Origin: Patescibacteria group bacterium
GTDB lineage: Bacteria; Patescibacteriota; Microgenomatia; UBA8517
Assembly: GCA_035291665.1 (NCBI GenBank)
Contig: DATDRP010000003.1
Span: forward strand, 212,549-276,548
Direction: 5' to 3'
DNA: 64,000 bases
Part shown: positions 59,199 to 64,000 of the stretch, piece after piece
Position numbering within the stretch: position 1 is the first letter of the stretch
Layout: each line of letters starts with the position of its first letter
The notes under the pieces: generated by a model
The model's database searches: none
What the model was told of the DNA's origin: nothing
Seen by the model: the letters and a program-made list of their open reading frames with translations, nothing else
Made by a program: the position numbers and the translations under genes

Positions 59199-59528
59199 AT
59201 GAAACTCGCACAACTTATTAATCCAGTTCCCGGTGTCCATACCACAGATAATGGAATTGCAACAATAAAGGGTTTTGAATGGATTTTTAACAACATTGTC
59301 TTTTCCATCATCGCATTTGCCGGGATCGCTCTTTTTGTCATGCTTCTTGTGGGAGGATTTAAGTATCTGACGTCCGCAGGAAACCCTGAAAGCGTAGCTG
59401 CAGCTCAAAAAACTTTAACTTATGCACTAATCGGAATGGTCCTTGTTGCATTATCGTTTTTGATATTATTTCTTATTCAGACCTTTACGGGTGCGAATGT
59501 CACCGTATTCAACGTGACGGTTCCTTGA
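59199..59528 (+). CDS. VirB2/TrbC-like pilin
   Basis: GGFKYLTSAGNPESVAAAQKTLTYALIG. Confidence 0.85.
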   Translation: MKLAQLINPVPGVHTTDNGIATIKGFEWIFNNIVFSIIAFAGIALFVMLLVGGFKYLTSAGNPESVAAAQKTLTYALIGMVLVALSFLILFLIQTFTGANVTVFNVTVP

Positions 59529-59613
59529 GGAAATTTGTCATGATGCCACTTTATCCCCCGAGTCTAACTCGATAGACACCTTGAACATATGATAAAATTT
59601 GTAAACAATACAT

Positions 59614-62600
59614 ATGACAAAAAAATTGTTCGCAATTGTCTTTTCATTCTTATTTTTAGCAAAGAGCTATTCAATAATTTCGGCGCAAACTCCAACAACT
59701 CTTGATTGTACAAACGGATTCCAAACGCTTTTCCCCGATCAAACAAGCGCAATAACCTACAAAGAAGTGACCCTCACTTCCCCCAGAAGAATGGTTGTCC
59801 ATATTGTCAAAGCCAACATCAATAGCGGGGATCTTGATTTTACAACAACGCCGCGAAAATATTTGGGATCAACTACTTCGACTTTTTTAACCGGCGTCGA
59901 CGCAGCGGTTGCCATAAACGGAAGCGGTTTTTTTGAGTCCGACCCGGAAGATCCGACCGGATTTAATTCATATCAGGGAGACCGATACTCATCCGATTCG
60001 GGATTGGGAATTTTGGGTTTTTTCATCTCCGAAGACAACGTTCCATCATTCACCTATTCAATCCCATCACCCTTGTGGGATGCATTAAGCGGCGTCAACC
60101 TTCTTGTGAGCAACAATAATATTTATGATCGATTAATAAGCTGCCCCCTTCAAAGCTGCACCCCTTCCGGCTGTGACACATCATACTGCACAGTTGCTCC
60201 CAGAACCGCACTTGGATTAAACGATGATAATATAATAATTATCGTCGTAGACGGCCGGTTGCCGGGTTACAGTGAAGGAGCAAGACTTGATGAGCTGGCG
60301 ACGATAATGCGAAGGTGTGAAGCGACAAATGCCGTAAACATGGATGGCGGAGGTTCTTCAACACTAGCCGCATCGGGCTTAAATTATACAGGTAATCAGA
60401 TTTTAAACCGCCCGAGCGACGGAACGGAAAGAACCGTTTCGAACCATTTCGGAATCTGTATTGGATCGTGTTCTGATATCAGCAGCAACCCGATTCTTAT
60501 ACTTCCTGAAGGGGAAGCCAGACCAAGATATCAGGCTGGTGCGGAGTATCCATTCCCATGTAACAGAAGCGCCCCTGATAATAGCATTCCTTTCTCCGAT
60601 GATGAATTTCATTCCTTAAGACCCTATCAGGCAAGTCCCTGCAATCCAAATAAGGAAGATCTTGCGCTTTTTTGCGGAAATGACTTGTTTGTCGGAGACA
60701 ATGTCACAATCATAAAAACCAATTATGAACCCCCCACTATTCCTGCTTACTCTGTAAACGGATCCCCCGCTTCACCCAATGTACCTTCCGATCCTTACAG
60801 CAATGCATGCTTTATCTGCGGAGATAGCGGCTATTGTCAAAGAACGCTGAATGTATATTGCGACAGCTCAGCCGATCAGTGCGACCCCAATATAACAAAC
60901 TCCTGCAGCCGGTGCATTAATAACGGCGACGGAACGGAAAGCTGCTCATTTGTTATTTCTTCATCAAAGCAAATAGCGGTGGATCTCTTTGGAGCGGAAC
61001 TGCCGATTATGGGTTACACCGAGCCCTCAGTGGGAAACACTAATGGACCGAAAGTGATAAACAGCCAAAACAAAACCGACGAAACCATGGATCACGCAAC
61101 AAAGATGAATGAATATGTCAGCTGGTACTTGAACGGTGTTATCGGAAGAGCCGAATATGATTTTCCCGACCCTACCCCCGACTGCGTCGGGGAATCATCA
61201 GACAAACCCGGCTGGTGTGAACCGTTGGTCCTCGGAAGTAATTACTGTATGACAAAAAGTTCAGTTCCTCTGGTTGGAGCAACCCCCAACTTCGATCATA
61301 TTGCCGATGGAAAGGATACCTGTTCTTCGGGAGAATATTGCTGCGTCAGCCAGTCAACTTCTGACAGTGGCAAAATTCCTGACCGGGAAATAACCAGTAA
61401 TTATTCCGGTCCGGTAAAAAAACTTCTTCCTTTTACTATCCAAAACATAGAAAGGATCGCTGAGATCAATGACGGTTTTGCTTCAAAAAATCTTGATACT
61501 CGTATCCGACATGATCAGTACGTAGGCTGCCACTTCGGTGGAATGTTTAATGTCAAAATTCCCTTTACAAGTACGTATGTTGATTTTTCGATTCTGGCAA
61601 TTCCAACACAATGTTACGGAGGCGGTTTTGTGGATTATATCAGAGACGAACTGCACCTGAGTGAATTCGCACCAAACAATCTTCCACCCGTTGAAGAAGA
61701 TTACCAGGGAAGGCCGTTTATTGAATTCCAAAAGGATTACAGGGAGTGGAAGGGCGACTGGTGTTATCCTTTGACGATCAATATTCCGATATTCGGTACT
61801 TTTCAATTCCTTTTGTGCTTTAACAATCCATTCAGTCCGGATATCTTTTCAAACCTTTTCAGCTTTACTCCGTTCACGTCAACCGAAGACCGACTGGGGG
61901 ATGTCAGGGTCAGGTCGGTTGGAATAGTTCCGATCGGATCCAACCTGCGGTTGATTTCCTACAGACTCAGGAACGTTAAAAATGCGGACCTCTTCTTTGC
62001 CCACATGGAAGAAGACACTCAGCTTTCTGCAAATCTTCAGGATACATTCATTTATAAAGACGCCGATCGCGATGATATCGGTTCGTCCTCATTTGTACCC
62101 TATGAACCATATTGCAGCTATCGCCGGGTCATTACTAATCCCGGAGACGATCTTTTTGCCGGAGAAATCTCAGCCGATGTTGACTATACGGTTGCTCTGA
62201 CCTGTCCCTTTTTTATCTGGGGAGATGGACAGAATGCTGATTACGGCAACCTTTGCCGGAACCTGAATAATGCGGAGTGTGTAAGAGCAATTCCCGCGGA
62301 TGCCACTTGGTGTGATGTAAGTTATGGGCAATTCGACTGCATCGGAGGACAAATTTGCGGTGTGAATTGCCAATCGGTGGTTGGAGTAGACGAATCAAAT
62401 TGCGAGTCCGCAGCAGCACTGGATTTTCCCAGTTTACCGTATGTTAATTCGGAGAACCCGGGTTGTGTACCGGAAAGCTTTGATGGTATATGCGAGGAGG
62501 TCAGCGATTATCCCAGTAGATCTCCTTATAGTATTCCCTACCCATACTGCAGAAGCGGATTTAAGTGTGTTTTCAATAAAAATACCTGTACGAGAAGCGA

Positions 62601-63546
62601 CCAGCAACCAACGACTACTCAAGCCTGTTATGGGCAAACACTGGTTGGCATAAGACTTCAGACCCGTACCCCTCTTGCGGATAAAGTCTGGGCAAGACTC
62701 GTTGCAGGATCAACCAGCGTTTTCAGGAAAATGTTTCCCAAAGTCGGAGAAGAAGGTGCCCCCATTGAAGGCATAGAAGATATCCCAACAGCAACAAACG
62801 TTACATATCAAAATCTTTCCGGAGGTCTTTTGTTTGCCGGTAACCCAGGAGATCAAAGACCGGGAAGCGCTGCCCAGCTTTACTTCCCCCATATCGGAGC
62901 TCTCCGGGAATATTTTCTCGGCGGGATCCAAACAATGCTGCGTCCTTATGAATACAAAGACACATTGATAAGCTCAACCTTGGAAGGAAGAACTCCAACT
63001 TATGTTTCCTCTGACTGCGGAGGCATTTCCGACGATCAGGTACCAGAACAATATTTGGGGGCGCTTAAGGAAGAATTCATCGCCTACTGTAATAAATTCG
63101 CCGGGGGAAACTTGGGTGAAGCCTGCTATAACGATATGGTCGTCAAATCCATAGCAGCCAATGTCAATCCGGCTTTCACCATGTCTATTTGGATAAACGA
63201 GTCTGCCTGCAGCAACTATACCTTCGGGGATATCGTCAATGATTTCGGAACGATGCTTGCACCAAGTAAAAATTACGAAGAGCAGCTTGATGCTTTCCTT
63301 GATAAAAGTACTGTTTACTGGACACACACTTCAAACTGCTACCAAAATTCATGGTTTTTGAGTTACATGCACGCATTTTTGTCATTCTTCAAAGCAGGAG
63401 ACACGGACGGAGACTGCCGGCCGAATAGTACCGCCGATGCGGAAAGATATTACAATGCAATAAAAGGAGTTTGGTATTCACTTATAGATATGGTAGACCC
63501 TACCTGTTATTTGCCGGATAATCCTGCGGATATGAGTTGTCCGTAG
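59614..63546 (+). CDS. Large secreted Cys-rich protein with phosphodiester glycosidase (NAGPA-like) domain
   Basis: Signal ..SAQ; AINGSGFF, PRTALG, VVDGR, NMDGGGSS. Confidence 0.75.
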   Translation: MTKKLFAIVFSFLFLAKSYSIISAQTPTTLDCTNGFQTLFPDQTSAITYKEVTLTSPRRMVVHIVKANINSGDLDFTTTPRKYLGSTTSTFLTGVDAAVAINGSGFFESDPEDPTGFNSYQGDRYSSDSGLGILGFFISEDNVPSFTYSIPSPLWDALSGVNLLVSNNNIYDRLISCPLQSCTPSGCDTSYCTVAPRTALGLNDDNIIIIVVDGRLPGYSEGARLDELATIMRRCEATNAVNMDGGGSSTLAASGLNYTGNQILNRPSDGTERTVSNHFGICIGSCSDISSNPILILPEGEARPRYQAGAEYPFPCNRSAPDNSIPFSDDEFHSLRPYQASPCNPNKEDLALFCGNDLFVGDNVTIIKTNYEPPTIPAYSVNGSPASPNVPSDPYSNACFICGDSGYCQRTLNVYCDSSADQCDPNITNSCSRCINNGDGTESCSFVISSSKQIAVDLFGAELPIMGYTEPSVGNTNGPKVINSQNKTDETMDHATKMNEYVSWYLNGVIGRAEYDFPDPTPDCVGESSDKPGWCEPLVLGSNYCMTKSSVPLVGATPNFDHIADGKDTCSSGEYCCVSQSTSDSGKIPDREITSNYSGPVKKLLPFTIQNIERIAEINDGFASKNLDTRIRHDQYVGCHFGGMFNVKIPFTSTYVDFSILAIPTQCYGGGFVDYIRDELHLSEFAPNNLPPVEEDYQGRPFIEFQKDYREWKGDWCYPLTINIPIFGTFQFLLCFNNPFSPDIFSNLFSFTPFTSTEDRLGDVRVRSVGIVPIGSNLRLISYRLRNVKNADLFFAHMEEDTQLSANLQDTFIYKDADRDDIGSSSFVPYEPYCSYRRVITNPGDDLFAGEISADVDYTVALTCPFFIWGDGQNADYGNLCRNLNNAECVRAIPADATWCDVSYGQFDCIGGQICGVNCQSVVGVDESNCESAAALDFPSLPYVNSENPGCVPESFDGICEEVSDYPSRSPYSIPYPYCRSGFKCVFNKNTCTRSDQQPTTTQACYGQTLVGIRLQTRTPLADKVWARLVAGSTSVFRKMFPKVGEEGAPIEGIEDIPTATNVTYQNLSGGLLFAGNPGDQRPGSAAQLYFPHIGALREYFLGGIQTMLRPYEYKDTLISSTLEGRTPTYVSSDCGGISDDQVPEQYLGALKEEFIAYCNKFAGGNLGEACYNDMVVKSIAANVNPAFTMSIWINESACSNYTFGDIVNDFGTMLAPSKNYEEQLDAFLDKSTVYWTHTSNCYQNSWFLSYMHAFLSFFKAGDTDGDCRPNSTADAERYYNAIKGVWYSLIDMVDPTCYLPDNPADMSCP

Positions 63547-63611
63547 CTAAGATTTCGGCTAATCTTACAAAATCAAACTTGTAGTAACGGTAAAAATATT
63601 ACATAATCAAA

Positions 63612-64000
63612 ATGATGTTAAGAAAAATAATTGCTTCATTATTATTAATTGTATTCTTGCTGACCCAAACTCTGTCATACGCCTCCGCCCAGGAAACTTA
63701 TCCCTGGTATTCGCAAAGCTATAAACAATGGTTTGTAAAAGTTTATGATCAGGACGTGTCTCCTCCGCAGGAAATCTTCGGTGAAAGGTATACTGCCGCC
63801 CAGGTTTCGTGGGTAATTTATTCGCTTATCGCTTTTGTTCAGCAGGGTGTATACAGGCTGATGGCGTGTATTTGGCAAGGGGGGGCTGGTCAAATCGGAT
63901 CCTGCTTATATCAAAATCTTCCTTTTCCGCCTGTAAGCGAGAATCTTGAAACTCCACAAAAAAGCGTTCTGGCAACACTATTCCCCGAAGAAAGACAGCT
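63612..64000 (+). CDS. Secreted or membrane protein, runs off the window end (not in ORF track)
   Basis: MMLRKIIASLLLIVFLLTQTLSYASAQETYPWY...EIFGERYTAAQVSWVIYS, open to the end. Confidence 0.7.
   Translation, partial: MMLRKIIASLLLIVFLLTQTLSYASAQETYPWYSQSYKQWFVKVYDQDVSPPQEIFGERYTAAQVSWVIYSLIAFVQQGVYRLMACIWQGGAGQIGSCLYQNLPFPPVSENLETPQKSVLATLFPEERQ

Noticed and set aside
53481-63893. Many short overlapping or antisense ORFs
   Set aside because: Shadow frames of long, GC-richer Cys-rich genes.
1-64000. Alternative genetic code (UGA=Gly)
   Set aside because: Core genes are intact under code 11 and TGA ends genes normally (e.g. 24745, 44713).

Overview
AT-rich bacterial window, genetic code 11. 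By inference it comes from a Patescibacteria/CPR (Microgenomates-like) genome: many orphans, apparently leaderless genes, GT-C glycosyltransferases, an array of VirB2/TrbC-like pilins and tRNA-Arg(GCG). Core genes are rpoD-dnaG, smpB-ssrA (tmRNA), comF, asnB, an ABC exporter and five tRNAs. The most unusual signal is the ~18 kb downstream of tRNA-Asn (1-18.9 kb). It is a mostly co-oriented array of 1-4-gene cassettes with integron-like cargo. The cassettes are separated by degenerate ~30-bp sites that share the tRNA 3' core (GCTC) and translate on the + strand as a W/L-L-P-x-x-D/N/E-x-F/V-R-T motif. I read this motif as the displaced C-terminal tail of a large serine recombinase (LSR) whose att site lies in its own 3' end. 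Two mutually homologous LSR-like 3' remnants run into tRNA 3'-end copies (15651-15980; 45039-45281, absent from the ORF track). Smaller versions of the same architecture sit at tRNA-Ser(GGA), tRNA-Ser(CGA) and tmRNA. Also present: REP-like palindromes beside small GIY-YIG genes, gene-less IS200/IS605-type mini-elements, and nine tandem pilin-domain genes. All family assignments come from motif recognition by eye; no searches were run.
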